The position numbers and the translations under genes are program-made. The notes beneath the pieces were generated by a model, which was not told the origin of the DNA, did no database searches, and worked only from the letters and a program-made list of their open reading frames with translations. DNA of 64,000 nt from an uncultured Clostridia bacterium (lineage in GTDB: Bacteria > Bacillota > Clostridia > TANB77 > CAG-508). Shown in pieces: positions 40,895 to 51,348 of the stretch (position 1 is the first letter of the stretch; the number at the start of each line of letters is the position of its first letter). The stretch is from assembly GCA_944386195.1 (NCBI GenBank), contig CALXAD010000003.1, forward strand, positions 2,653-66,652. Reading direction: 5' to 3'.

Positions 40895-41305
40895 ATGCTT
40901 GTAAAAGTAAAAGGAAAAGCTATTAAACTTAATGGTAGATGGTGCTATAAGGGAGAAACAGAAGAAATAACATTAGAACAATATGAAGGAAAAGAAAAAT
41001 ATTTAGAAATTGTAAAAGCTGATAAAGAAGTCGAAGAACTTCCACAAGTACCAGGAGAAGATGTCGTAGAAGAACAATCACAAGAAGAAACAGAAGTAGA
41101 TGAAGAAGAAACTGAAAAAGTAGAGGAAGAAAATCAGCAAGAAGAAAAACAAGAAGAAACAGAAGTAGATGAAGAATTAGAAGCATTAAAAGAAAAAGCA
41201 AAATCATTAGATATTAAAGTTACTGCAAATATGAAAAAAGAAACTATAATTAAAAAAATTCAAGAAAAAGAAGAGGACCAAAACCAAACTAAAAATGAAG
41301 AATAG
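40895..41305 (+). CDS. Acidic repeat protein with C-terminal Rho_N/SAP-like motif
   Basis: Repeated QEETEVDEEE (27-bp DNA direct repeat at 41083-41109 and 41146-41172); LEALKEKAKSLDIKVTANMKKETIIKKI. Confidence 0.45.
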   Translation: MLVKVKGKAIKLNGRWCYKGETEEITLEQYEGKEKYLEIVKADKEVEELPQVPGEDVVEEQSQEETEVDEEETEKVEEENQQEEKQEETEVDEELEALKEKAKSLDIKVTANMKKETIIKKIQEKEEDQNQTKNEE

Positions 41306-41308
41306 TAG

Positions 41309-41812
41309 GTGTTGCTTATGAGTATGTTAGATAATATTAAAAATAGAACACTTATAGATGTTGATTTTTTAATTAAAAGATTAGCAAAAGAATTAAAACT
41401 TTTTGATAAAGATAAGAATATATCAGAAGATGCAAAAGACCAAATTATTTGTTCTTTATATGATACATTAATTATTATTTTAGATACTACACATCAAGAT
41501 AAAGTACCAGAAGGATTATATACAACATGGTTAAATATGACAAAAGACTATTGGTATCTAAATAAATATGACACTTTATTTCAAAATAATGAAAGTAGCG
41601 AAACAGAAAGTGAAAATTCAAACTCAAATAAAAAAACGATAAAAAGTATTCAAGTAGGAGATACAACAACTACATTTACTGACAAATCATCACAAATTGA
41701 TATAAATGGAACTACATATAATACAGGAACTATAAATTTTGATGAAAATATTTTAAAAGAAAAATATAAAAGTGCTTTATATAGGCACAGAAGATTTAGG
41801 AGGCCATTATGA
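41309..41812 (+). CDS. Head-tail connector / DNA-packaging protein (gp6-like)
   Basis: Assigned by position and size in the head-tail joining block. Confidence 0.4.
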   Translation: MLLMSMLDNIKNRTLIDVDFLIKRLAKELKLFDKDKNISEDAKDQIICSLYDTLIIILDTTHQDKVPEGLYTTWLNMTKDYWYLNKYDTLFQNNESSETESENSNSNKKTIKSIQVGDTTTTFTDKSSQIDINGTTYNTGTINFDENILKEKYKSALYRHRRFRRPL

Positions 41813-42177
41813 CAGATATAGAAATGGCAAGAGAAGCAATAGAAAGTACATATATTGGAGAGTGTGATATTGTAGAATATGTGACAATAAAAAATGATAT
41901 AACAAAACGAAATGAACATAAAGAAGAAAAAGTTTTGGAAAAACAAAAATGTAGAATTTCTTTTAAAAGTATTTCTAATTCTAATCAAAGTGAAACTACT
42001 AACAATGTTACACAAATAATAAAATTATTTATATCTCCAGATATAAATATAAAAAATGGATCTAAAATAATTGTTACACAAAATGGAAAAAAACAAGAAT
42101 ATAAAAATAGTGGAGAACCCGCAAGATATGAAACACACCAAGAAATAATGTTAGAATTATTTAAAGGTTGGGCTTAA
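41809..42177 (+). CDS. Head-tail adaptor (SPP1 gp16-like head closure)
   Basis: Position and size. Confidence 0.4.
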   Translation: MTDIEMAREAIESTYIGECDIVEYVTIKNDITKRNEHKEEKVLEKQKCRISFKSISNSNQSETTNNVTQIIKLFISPDINIKNGSKIIVTQNGKKQEYKNSGEPARYETHQEIMLELFKGWA

Positions 42178-42178
42178 T

Positions 42179-42739
42179 ATGGCTAGATGGGGAAAATGTG
42201 ATTATAAACAATTAAAAAAACTTCAAGAAAATATAAATAAATTAGCAAATGGAGATGCAATTAGATTCTATGAAGAATGTGCAAGAGAATTAGCAGCTAG
42301 ATTACTTCGTAAAGTTATAAAAAGAACACCTGTTGGAGAAAACCAATACGAAACAAAAACAGTAAATGGAAAGCAAAAAAAATATGTAATAAGAAATGGT
42401 GGAACTTTAAGGAGAGGATGGACTGCAAGAACAGAAGAAGAAGCAGAAAATGGAAGCAGTAAAAATGCAAAAGATTGGGCTAATTCATTGGCAGTAAAAA
42501 AAATAGGAGATATATTTCAAATTGAAGTTATAAATCCAGTACATTATGCTTCTTATGTCGAATATGGTCATAGACAAGAACCGGGAAGATATGTTCCTGC
42601 AATAGGTAAAAGGCTTGTTAATAGTTGGGTAAATGGTGTGTTTATGCTAACTATATCAGAAAAAGAAATAGAAAGTCAGGCACCTAAAATTCTTGAAAAG
42701 AAATTACTTGAATATTTGGAGGAGAGTTTCAATGTGTGA
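42179..42739 (+). CDS. HK97 gp10-like tail/head component
   Basis: Position and size. Confidence 0.4.
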   Translation: MARWGKCDYKQLKKLQENINKLANGDAIRFYEECARELAARLLRKVIKRTPVGENQYETKTVNGKQKKYVIRNGGTLRRGWTARTEEEAENGSSKNAKDWANSLAVKKIGDIFQIEVINPVHYASYVEYGHRQEPGRYVPAIGKRLVNSWVNGVFMLTISEKEIESQAPKILEKKLLEYLEESFNV

Positions 42740-43172
42740 ATTTAAAGTAAATAAAGTTATAAATGCTATTTCTCAAAAACTAAATGAAATTTTTGGAGAT
42801 GAATATAGTATAGAAACAGATGAAGTAATACAAGGGTTTAAAGGTCCTTGTTTTTTTATACATCAATTTAATGGTAATAGACAACATTTTAGAGGTAAAA
42901 GATATAAATCTAATCTGAATTTTGAAATTATAGGATTTTCTAAAAATGATACATTAGAAGAATTAAACGAGATGGCAGAATGTTTATATCAAATAGAATA
43001 TCTGACATTAGATAATAAAGACATATTAAGATGTATTAATATGGACTATAAGATAGAAGATAAGGTATTACATTTTATGTTTGATATAAATAATTTTCTA
43101 TATTTGGAAGAAGCAATTCCAGATAAAATGGAAAATATATCAATTAATGGGGAGGTAAAAGAAAATGCCTAA
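42732..43172 (+). CDS. Tail completion-like hypothetical protein
   Basis: RBS GGAGGAG before ATG 42732. Confidence 0.35.
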   Translation: MCEFKVNKVINAISQKLNEIFGDEYSIETDEVIQGFKGPCFFIHQFNGNRQHFRGKRYKSNLNFEIIGFSKNDTLEELNEMAECLYQIEYLTLDNKDILRCINMDYKIEDKVLHFMFDINNFLYLEEAIPDKMENISINGEVKENA

Positions 43173-43350
43173 AAAAGAAAATGAAACAAAAAAAGAAGAT
43201 GTTAAATTTACAAAAGAGCAAATTTTAAAAAGTAAAAAATTTAAAAATAGAGTAGATTTAATTAGAGTTATTTTACAAGATAATAAAAGTTATACATTAG
43301 AAGAAGTGCAAAAAGAAATAGATAAATTTATGAAAAGGAGAGTGAACTAG
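43165..43350 (+). CDS. Hypothetical protein
   Basis: 61-aa ORF. Confidence 0.3.
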   Translation: MPKKENETKKEDVKFTKEQILKSKKFKNRVDLIRVILQDNKSYTLEEVQKEIDKFMKRRVN

Positions 43351-43352
43351 AT

Positions 43353-44648
43353 ATGTTAGGTGGAGGAAATTTTACTACACAAAATAAAAAATTACCAGGT
43401 TCATATATTAATTTTGTAAATGCTTCAAAAGTTGGAGCAACAGTTGGAGAAAGAGGAATAGCAGCAATAGCAATGGAATTAGATTGGGGAAAAGATGGCG
43501 AAATAATGACAATAACACAAAGTGATTTCAATAAAAATTCATTAAGTTTATTAGGTTATGATTATGGTAATGATAAACTAAAAGGATTAAGAGATTTATT
43601 TATAAATATAAGAACTTTATATTTATATAGACTTAATAGTGGAACGAAAGCTAGTTGTACTTATGCAACAGCAAAATGTTCTGGTGTTAGAGGTAATGAT
43701 TTAAAAATATCTATTCAAACTAATATTGATGATGAAGATAAATATGATGTAAGTACAATATTAGGAACAAAAGAAATAGATAAGCAAACAGTAACACAAG
43801 CTAGTGAATTAATAGATAATGATTTTGTAGAATTTAAAAAAGATGCAACATTGGCTGTAACTGCTAGTACACCACTTACAGGAGGAAGTAATGCAGAAAG
43901 TGTAACAGGAGAAAATCATCAAACATTTTTAGATAAATTAGAAGCATATAGTTTTAATTCATTAGGTTGTAATTCTGATGACGATTCAATAAAAACTTTA
44001 TACGAGAATTTTACTAAAAGATTAAGAGATGAAATGGGGGTTAAATTCCAAACTGTAATTTTTGATGATGCTTCTGATTATGAAGGAATTATCAATATTG
44101 TTAATGAAACAGAAGAAGATACAATCGGTTTAATTTACTGGGTTACTGGAATAATCGCTGGTTGTGCAATAAATAAATCAAATACTAATAAAGTATATGA
44201 TGGAGAATATACAGTAAAGGTAGAACAAACTCAAACAGAACTTGAAACTTGTATAGATACTGGTAAATTAGTATTACATAAAGTTGGAGATGAGGTTAGA
44301 GTTCTTAAAGATATAAACAGTTTAGTAAATACAACAGATGAAAAAGGAGAAGATTTTAAAAATAATCAAACTATTAGAGTATTAGACCAAACAGCAACTG
44401 ATATTGCTAATGTATTTAATAATAACTATATTGGCAAAGTTCCTAATAACCAAAGCGGTAGAGTTAGTCTTTGGAATGAAATTGTATCTGTATTTAATCA
44501 ATATCAAACATTACAAGCTATTGAAGAATTTAATTCTGAAGAAATTACCGTAGAGCAAGGTAATGATAAAACTTCTGTTGTAGTTAATAGTGCAATTCAA
44601 CCAGTTAATGCAATGGAAAAATTATATATGACAGTAGTAGTAAATTAA
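43353..44648 (+). CDS. Contractile tail sheath protein (XkdK-like)
   Basis: 431 aa; N-terminus MLGGGNFTTQNKKLPGSYINFV typical of sheath proteins. Confidence 0.8.
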   Translation: MLGGGNFTTQNKKLPGSYINFVNASKVGATVGERGIAAIAMELDWGKDGEIMTITQSDFNKNSLSLLGYDYGNDKLKGLRDLFINIRTLYLYRLNSGTKASCTYATAKCSGVRGNDLKISIQTNIDDEDKYDVSTILGTKEIDKQTVTQASELIDNDFVEFKKDATLAVTASTPLTGGSNAESVTGENHQTFLDKLEAYSFNSLGCNSDDDSIKTLYENFTKRLRDEMGVKFQTVIFDDASDYEGIINIVNETEEDTIGLIYWVTGIIAGCAINKSNTNKVYDGEYTVKVEQTQTELETCIDTGKLVLHKVGDEVRVLKDINSLVNTTDEKGEDFKNNQTIRVLDQTATDIANVFNNNYIGKVPNNQSGRVSLWNEIVSVFNQYQTLQAIEEFNSEEITVEQGNDKTSVVVNSAIQPVNAMEKLYMTVVVN

Positions 44649-44669
44649 AAAAAGGGAGGAGAATAAGTT

Positions 44670-45143
44670 ATGAATAAACAAGTAATGAATGCAAAAGATT
44701 CTGTATCTGCTAGTTTAGCAGAGTGTTTTGTAACAATAGAAGGTAGAAGATTAAATTTTATGCAAGCTATAAATGTTGAAGCAAATTTTGAAAAAACTAA
44801 AAGTGAAGTACCTATTTTAGGAAAGACAGGAAAAGGAAATAAATCTACTGGATGGACAGGTAGTGGGTCAGCTACATTTCATTATAATACTTCAATTTTT
44901 AGAAAATTAATGCAAAGATATAAAGAAACAGGAGAAGATATTTATTTTGATATGCAAGTAACAAATGAAGATCCAACAAGTTCTGTGGGTAGACAAACTG
45001 TAATATTAAAAGATTGCAATATAGATGGTGGTGTTCTTGCAAAATTTGATGCAGATGGAGAATATCTTGACGAAGATATGGACTTTACATTTGAAGATTT
45101 TGAAATGCCAGAAGAATTTGCAATGCTTGATGGTATGGAATAA
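44670..45143 (+). CDS. Tail tube protein (XkdM-like)
   Basis: 157 aa, immediately after the sheath gene. Confidence 0.75.
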   Translation: MNKQVMNAKDSVSASLAECFVTIEGRRLNFMQAINVEANFEKTKSEVPILGKTGKGNKSTGWTGSGSATFHYNTSIFRKLMQRYKETGEDIYFDMQVTNEDPTSSVGRQTVILKDCNIDGGVLAKFDADGEYLDEDMDFTFEDFEMPEEFAMLDGME

Positions 45144-45185
45144 TTTATTAAAATTTTATTTTATGAAAGGAAAAGGTGATTATAA

Positions 45186-45602
45186 ATGGAAAATTTAGAA
45201 GCATTTATGATAAAAGAAAAAGAGGAGATAGTAGATTATATAGCATCTTCAAAATTTAAAGACAAAGAAGGAAATCCAGTACCATGGAAAATAAAAAGTA
45301 TAACAGCAGATGAAAACCAAAGAATAAGAAAAGACTGTTATATTAATATTCCTATAAATGGTAAGAGAGGTAGATATACAAAAGATTTTAACACACAAAA
45401 ATATTTAGTTTTATTAGCAACAGAATGTGTAGTTTATCCAGATTTACAAAATGCAAAGTTACAAGATTTTTATAAAGTAAAAGGTGTAGAACAATTGCTA
45501 GGTAAATTACTAAAACCAGGAGAATATGATGATTTAATGGAAAAAATTCAAGAAGTAAATGGTTATAGTTTAGAGGAAAAAGTCGAAGAAGCAAAAAACT
45601 AA
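45186..45602 (+). CDS. Tail assembly chaperone (XkdN-like), frame-0 product
   Basis: 138 aa located between the tube and tape-measure genes. Confidence 0.65.
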   Translation: MENLEAFMIKEKEEIVDYIASSKFKDKEGNPVPWKIKSITADENQRIRKDCYINIPINGKRGRYTKDFNTQKYLVLLATECVVYPDLQNAKLQDFYKVKGVEQLLGKLLKPGEYDDLMEKIQEVNGYSLEEKVEEAKN

Positions 45603-45799
45603 TAGAAGAAGGAGATGCTGATGCAAATTATGCTCACTTCTGCCTTCAAAAATTAAGAATGCTTCCAAGTACATTTATGGAATTACCTTTTTGGGAAAAA
45701 GCATTTGTTATAGCTTCTACACAAATTAGAGTAGAAGATGAGAAGAAAAAAGCAAAAGAATCACAAAGAAAAGCTAAAAGAGGTAGAAGGAAAAAATAA
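45593..45799 (+). CDS. Predicted -1 programmed-frameshift extension of the tail chaperone (G/GT-like)
   Basis: Slippery heptamer A_AAA_AAC at 45593-45599 immediately before stop 45600-45602. The -1 frame is open to TAA 45797-45799 and has no start codon of its own. Confidence 0.5.
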   Translation, partial: KKLIEEGDADANYAHFCLQKLRMLPSTFMELPFWEKAFVIASTQIRVEDEKKKAKESQRKAKRGRRKK

Positions 45800-45836
45800 A
45801 CTTCTATCTCTATTTTTTTGAAAAGTAGGTGATAAA

Positions 45837-48773
45837 GTGGCAACTATAAAAACAGCTATACAAATACAAGATGGTATGTCATCTGTTTTTAAATCTATGA
45901 ATACAGTAATGAATTTAGTATTAAATACTTTTGAATCTATACAGAGTACAGCAAGCAAACCAATAGATGTAAGTAGCATACAAGCAGCAAGAGAAGAATT
46001 ATCAAGAGCACAAGTAGTTGCTAATGAATTTCAAAACCAATTATTAGAATTAAGTTCAAGTCCAGTCAATATAGGAATGAATAATAATAATCCTAATATA
46101 AACAATCCCCAAAGTATGTACGACGAAGCAATAGAAAATAATAGAATCCAAGATAGTATAGTTAATAGTATAACAACACAACAGCAATATAACCAATTAT
46201 TAAAAGAATCAACAAATAAATTACAACAAATGGAACAAATAGCAACTGATATTTCTAATATTACAGGAGAAGATAAGAGTTTACTTATGGCCAATAATAG
46301 TGAATATCAAAGAATGGCTAATATTAAAAGTATCTTACTACAAAAAGAACAGGAAATACAAAATACTATTGCAAATCAGAAACCCCAATGGGAAAACTTG
46401 AATATGCCAATATTTACGAATACTGGATTAGATAGATACGAACAGGAGATAGCATCAGCAAATAACATGATAAATAAATTATCACAATCTCAAATGAAAA
46501 TGCAAGTTCAAGCACAAATGATGGATTTATTACCAAAGGATGCTATTAAAGATTTTGATGTTCTAAATACTAGAATTGATAGAATAAGAACAACTTTACA
46601 AAAAGTTGAGAATAAAAAATTAACAGGTATGGAAGCAGACAAAGCAAGTAATCAAGTTGAAACATTAAGACAACAATTATTTGAAGCTGTCAAAACACAA
46701 GAAGAATTAACAAGAGCAATGAAAACTATGGATATCAAAGCTACAAATATGGCTTATAATAAATTAGTTAGTAATTTAGATACAGCAGAGAAAAATATTA
46801 GAGATAATATAAGTAATCAAAATCAATTTAATAATAGTATAAATACTGGTGTTAATTCTGCAGATGGTTTATTAGGTAAATTTAAGCAAATTGCTTTGAC
46901 AGTTGCATCAATGGCAGGTATGCAAAAAGTATTAGGATTATCTGATCAAGTGGCAAGTAATAGTGCAAGATTAGATTTGATTGTTGATGACGGTGGTAGT
47001 GTTGAAGAATTAGAAGACAAAATATTTGCCAGTGCAATAAGGTCAAGAGGTTATTATTTAGATACGGCTAATGTAATTTCAAAATTAGGAATTTTAGCTG
47101 GTAATAGTTTCAAAAATAATGATGAAATGGTTGCTTTTGCAGAGCTTATGAATAAAAACTTTATTATAGGTGGTGCAAGTATTCAAGAACAAACTGCAGC
47201 AATGTATCAATTAACACAAGCAATGGCAGCAGGTAAATTACAAGGAGATGAATTTAGAAGTATTATGGAAAATGCACCTTTATTGGCGGAAGCAATTGCT
47301 GAATATACTGGAAAAACAAAAGGAGAATTAAAAGAAATGTCATCAGAGGGTGTAATCACAGCAGAAATAATAAAAAATGCAATGTTTGCATCAGCTGATG
47401 AAATAAATACTAGATTTGAAAAAATGCCTATGACTTGGGCACAAATTTGGACTAAAATGAAAAATATTGCTTTAAAAGCATTTGAACCAGTATTAAAGAA
47501 ATTAAATGAATTAGCTAATAATCCTCAAATACAAGGAGCATTTCAATCTTTAATTAATGTATTAAGTATTGCAGCACAAGCATTTTTAGGATTAGTTGAA
47601 GGAGCAATGTGGTTATATAATGTATTGGAACCAATAGCACCGGTAATTTTAGGAATAGTTGGGGCTTATGTTGCATTTAATATTATTTCTGGAATTGTAA
47701 GTGCTGTATTAGGAATAATGTCTACAATACAGACAATTCAAGCAGCGGCTAGTATGTTACAAGCTGGAGCAACACTTTCAGCAACAGCTGCTCAATATGG
47801 TTTAAATACAGCTTTATATGCTTGTCCTATTGTATGGGTAGTTGCACTTATATTAGGTCTAATTGTTGCACTAACATATCTTTGGTTTACTAATGATGAA
47901 GTTGCTTATGCATTACTATACTTATGGGATGCTTTACAATTAGGAATTATGGCAGCTGGTTTAGGAATACAAGCTGTTTGGTATGGATTACAATTGGCAG
48001 CTTTATTTTTATGGCTTGGAATTCAAACGGTTGTATTAGGTTTAATGACTGCTTGGTATGGTTTCCAAACTGGGGTAGAAGCTGTATGTCTTGGTGTATT
48101 GTCTATATTCCAAGGATTATATAATGGAATAGTATCAATAGTTAATGGAATTATAACTGTATTAAATAAAATACCAGGAGTTGAAATAGATACAGTAGAA
48201 GCAGCAACTTTTGCAGATGATTTTGCGGGAAAAATGGCAAACAATATTATAGATAGAAATGCAAAATTGCAAGAAATGGCTAGCCAAATGGATGGAACTA
48301 TGGACCAAATAAATGAAATAAAAGGAAAAATGGGATCAGAACTTAGTGCATCTGCTACTAATATTCAAAATAAAGCAATAGAATTAAATGCAACAAGAGA
48401 TGACAGAGTGGCACATAGAAACGATTGGATAAGTGGAGCAACAAGTGCAGTAAAAGATGCAATGAATATGGATAGTTACGATTTTAGCAATATGGGAAGT
48501 AATTTAGGTGGCATTGGAAATAACGTTGGTAAAATTGCAGGAGATACTGGTAGCATAAAAGATTCATTAGATGTAACAGAAGAAGATTTAAAATATATGA
48601 GAGATTTAGCAGAAAGAGATGTAATAAATAGATTTACAACAGCAGAAATAAAAATTGATATGACAAATAATAATAACATTAATAGTGAACAAGATTTAGA
48701 TGGAATTATAAATACTTTATCAGAAGGATTATACGAAACAATGACTATTGCAGCAGAGGGGGTGCATGAGTAA
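45837..48773 (+). CDS. Tape measure protein
   Basis: 978 aa; coiled-coil N-terminal half; TM/Gly-rich core. Confidence 0.85.
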   Translation: MATIKTAIQIQDGMSSVFKSMNTVMNLVLNTFESIQSTASKPIDVSSIQAAREELSRAQVVANEFQNQLLELSSSPVNIGMNNNNPNINNPQSMYDEAIENNRIQDSIVNSITTQQQYNQLLKESTNKLQQMEQIATDISNITGEDKSLLMANNSEYQRMANIKSILLQKEQEIQNTIANQKPQWENLNMPIFTNTGLDRYEQEIASANNMINKLSQSQMKMQVQAQMMDLLPKDAIKDFDVLNTRIDRIRTTLQKVENKKLTGMEADKASNQVETLRQQLFEAVKTQEELTRAMKTMDIKATNMAYNKLVSNLDTAEKNIRDNISNQNQFNNSINTGVNSADGLLGKFKQIALTVASMAGMQKVLGLSDQVASNSARLDLIVDDGGSVEELEDKIFASAIRSRGYYLDTANVISKLGILAGNSFKNNDEMVAFAELMNKNFIIGGASIQEQTAAMYQLTQAMAAGKLQGDEFRSIMENAPLLAEAIAEYTGKTKGELKEMSSEGVITAEIIKNAMFASADEINTRFEKMPMTWAQIWTKMKNIALKAFEPVLKKLNELANNPQIQGAFQSLINVLSIAAQAFLGLVEGAMWLYNVLEPIAPVILGIVGAYVAFNIISGIVSAVLGIMSTIQTIQAAASMLQAGATLSATAAQYGLNTALYACPIVWVVALILGLIVALTYLWFTNDEVAYALLYLWDALQLGIMAAGLGIQAVWYGLQLAALFLWLGIQTVVLGLMTAWYGFQTGVEAVCLGVLSIFQGLYNGIVSIVNGIITVLNKIPGVEIDTVEAATFADDFAGKMANNIIDRNAKLQEMASQMDGTMDQINEIKGKMGSELSASATNIQNKAIELNATRDDRVAHRNDWISGATSAVKDAMNMDSYDFSNMGSNLGGIGNNVGKIAGDTGSIKDSLDVTEEDLKYMRDLAERDVINRFTTAEIKIDMTNNNNINSEQDLDGIINTLSEGLYETMTIAAEGVHE

Positions 48774-49438
48774 TGTATTATTTTTATTTAGATAAATTAT
48801 TATTACCAATTGCACCAGAAAAGTTGCAATTAAAAATAGGAAATAATAATAAAACTCTTACTTTAATTAATGAAGGAGAGATAAACATATTAAAGAAAGC
48901 AAAATTAACAGAAATAGACTTTGATATTTTACTTCCTAATGTAAAATATCCATTTGCAACATATAATAATTCTTTTCAAAATGCATCTTATTTTTTAGAG
49001 AATATTGAAAAATTAAAAACAAGTGAAAAACCGTTTCAATTTATTGTTTCTCGTAAAATGCCAAATGGAAAAATCTTATTTGATACAAATATAAAGGTTT
49101 CACTAGAAGATTATACAATATCAGAAGAAGCAGAGGAAGGCTTTGATGTAAAAGTAACAATTAAATTGAAACAATATAAAGATTATAGCACAAAAACAGT
49201 ACAAATAACTATAAAACAAGAAAGACCAAGACCAGTTGTAGTACAAACACCTTCGCGACCAGCTACAACAGCTCCTACAACAAGAACATATACGGTAGTA
49301 AGAGGAGATTGCTTATGGAATATAGCAAAAAAATATTATGGCAATGGAAGCCAATATACTAAGATTTATAATGCTAACAGAGATAAAATAAAAAATCCAA
49401 ATTTGATTTATCCTGGACAAGTGCTTGTAATACCATAA
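48773..49438 (+). CDS. LysM-domain tail protein (XkdP-like)
   Basis: C-terminal LysM motif YTVVRGDCLWNIAKKYYGNGSQYTKIYNANRDKIKNPNLIYPGQVLVIP. Confidence 0.75.
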   Translation: MYYFYLDKLLLPIAPEKLQLKIGNNNKTLTLINEGEINILKKAKLTEIDFDILLPNVKYPFATYNNSFQNASYFLENIEKLKTSEKPFQFIVSRKMPNGKILFDTNIKVSLEDYTISEEAEEGFDVKVTIKLKQYKDYSTKTVQITIKQERPRPVVVQTPSRPATTAPTTRTYTVVRGDCLWNIAKKYYGNGSQYTKIYNANRDKIKNPNLIYPGQVLVIP

Positions 49439-49451
49439 GGAGATGTTATAT

Positions 49452-50420
49452 ATGAGTGAAAATATAGAAATATTAATACAAAATGGAAATACAGTATATG
49501 CTCCAGTAGTAGAGGAAGGCATAAGTTGGGAAACGGAAAGAAAAGGTGTTCCTGGTAAACTAACTTTTAAAGTTGTAAAAGAAGGAGAATTAAGTTTCAC
49601 AGAAGGAAATCCAGTAAGATTTTCTTATGGAAGTACAAATGTATTTTATGGTTTTGTTTTTTCTAAAAAAAGAGATAAAGAAAAAGTTATTACTGTTACA
49701 TGCTATGATCAATTAAGATATTTAAAAAATAAAGATACTTATGTATATAAAAATAAAACAGCTGGCGATTTAGTTGAAATGATTGCCAGAGATTTCTTAT
49801 TAAATACAGGTAAAATTGAATATACTGGATATACAATAGGAGAAAGAGTTGAAGATAATAAAACATTATTTGATATTATACAAAACGCATTAGATTTGAC
49901 TTTGCAAAATACAAGAGAAATGTATGTTCTTTATGATGATTTTGGAAAGATATGTTTAAAAGGATTAGAAAGATTAAAATTAGGATTAGTTATAGATGCA
50001 GAGACAGGAGAAAATTATGATTATACTTCGTCAATTGATAATGAAACTTATAATAAGATAAAACTAATTTATGAAAATAAAGATACAGGAAAAAGAGAAA
50101 TATATATTACAAAAGATAGTAATAATATTAATAATTGGGGAGTATTACAGTATTTTGAAAAATTAAATTCTAATGAAAATGCACAATCAAAAGCTGATGC
50201 TTTATTACAATTATATAATAGAAAAACTAGAAAGTTACAAATAAAAAACGCACTTGGAGATATTAGAGTCAGAGGTGGTTCAAGTGTGATAGTACAGTTA
50301 GATTTAGGAGATTTAAAAGTTCAAAATTTTATGATTGTTGATAAAGTAAAACATAATTTTAATAATGGAGAACATTTTATGGATTTAACTTTAATTGGAG
50401 GAGATGGTTTTGTATCATGA
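49452..50420 (+). CDS. XkdQ-like baseplate/tail protein
   Basis: 322 aa; RBS AAGGAG; position in the PBSX-like tail order. Confidence 0.5.
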   Translation: MSENIEILIQNGNTVYAPVVEEGISWETERKGVPGKLTFKVVKEGELSFTEGNPVRFSYGSTNVFYGFVFSKKRDKEKVITVTCYDQLRYLKNKDTYVYKNKTAGDLVEMIARDFLLNTGKIEYTGYTIGERVEDNKTLFDIIQNALDLTLQNTREMYVLYDDFGKICLKGLERLKLGLVIDAETGENYDYTSSIDNETYNKIKLIYENKDTGKREIYITKDSNNINNWGVLQYFEKLNSNENAQSKADALLQLYNRKTRKLQIKNALGDIRVRGGSSVIVQLDLGDLKVQNFMIVDKVKHNFNNGEHFMDLTLIGGDGFVS

Positions 50421-50920
50421 GTAGTTATACAGAATTATTAGAAATAATTAAAAAAGCATCAAAAGAGGTTATGGAAGCGTCTAACCCAGCAGGAATATTA
50501 TTTGGGACAGTAACAAATGTAAGTCCTCTTGAAATAAATGTCGAACAAAAAATGACATTAAGTCAAGAGTTTTTTATTTTGACAAAAAATGTAATAGATT
50601 ATACAGTTGACGTTACTATGAATTGGAATACTAACACTAGAAGTTTAAACGCAAATCATACTCATTCAGGTAGTGCAGATGTTTCTGTAAATTCAAAGGC
50701 AACAATGAGTCCTAACCCAGAAAATGCAAATATAACTATAAATAATGAGATAAATAGTAATATAAGTATTGACCAAACAAATATTAATTTATCACATAAT
50801 CATTCTATTACAGGGACTAAGAGTTTAACAATTCATAATGGTTTAAAAGTAGGAGATAAAGTTATTCTTATTCAAGTACAAGGTGGTCAAAGATATATAG
50901 TATTAGATAAAGTGTATTAA
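50417..50920 (+). CDS. XkdR-like baseplate protein (DUF2577-like)
   Basis: Position and size. Confidence 0.4.
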   Translation: MSSYTELLEIIKKASKEVMEASNPAGILFGTVTNVSPLEINVEQKMTLSQEFFILTKNVIDYTVDVTMNWNTNTRSLNANHTHSGSADVSVNSKATMSPNPENANITINNEINSNISIDQTNINLSHNHSITGTKSLTIHNGLKVGDKVILIQVQGGQRYIVLDKVY

Positions 50921-50922
50921 AG

Positions 50923-51348
50923 GTGGTGATTAAGATAATACCAGCAATAGCAAATAGTAATGAATTAACGCAGGATTTTGATTATATCACACAGCCTAGT
51001 AAAACATATAGATTGAATATAGAAAATAATACTATATCAGGAGGATATGTTGATGAAAAAGAAGCTATAAAACAAACAATATATTGTATATTAAATACTG
51101 AAAGATATGATTATTTAATATATAGTTGGAATTATGGTGTCGAAATAAAAAATCTTATAGGAGAACACCTAACTTATGTAATACCAGAGTTAGAAAGAGT
51201 TATAACGGAAGCCTTAATACAGGATGATAGAATAGAAGAAGTTAATAATTTTAATTTCGAAACTATTGATAAAAATACATTATTAGTAACTTTTGAAGTA
51301 GTAACTATTGAAGGTATTATAGATGTAGAAAAGGTGGTGAGTGTGTGA
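50923..51348 (+). CDS. XkdS-like baseplate protein (DUF2634-like)
   Basis: Position and size. Confidence 0.4.
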   Translation: MVIKIIPAIANSNELTQDFDYITQPSKTYRLNIENNTISGGYVDEKEAIKQTIYCILNTERYDYLIYSWNYGVEIKNLIGEHLTYVIPELERVITEALIQDDRIEEVNNFNFETIDKNTLLVTFEVVTIEGIIDVEKVVSV

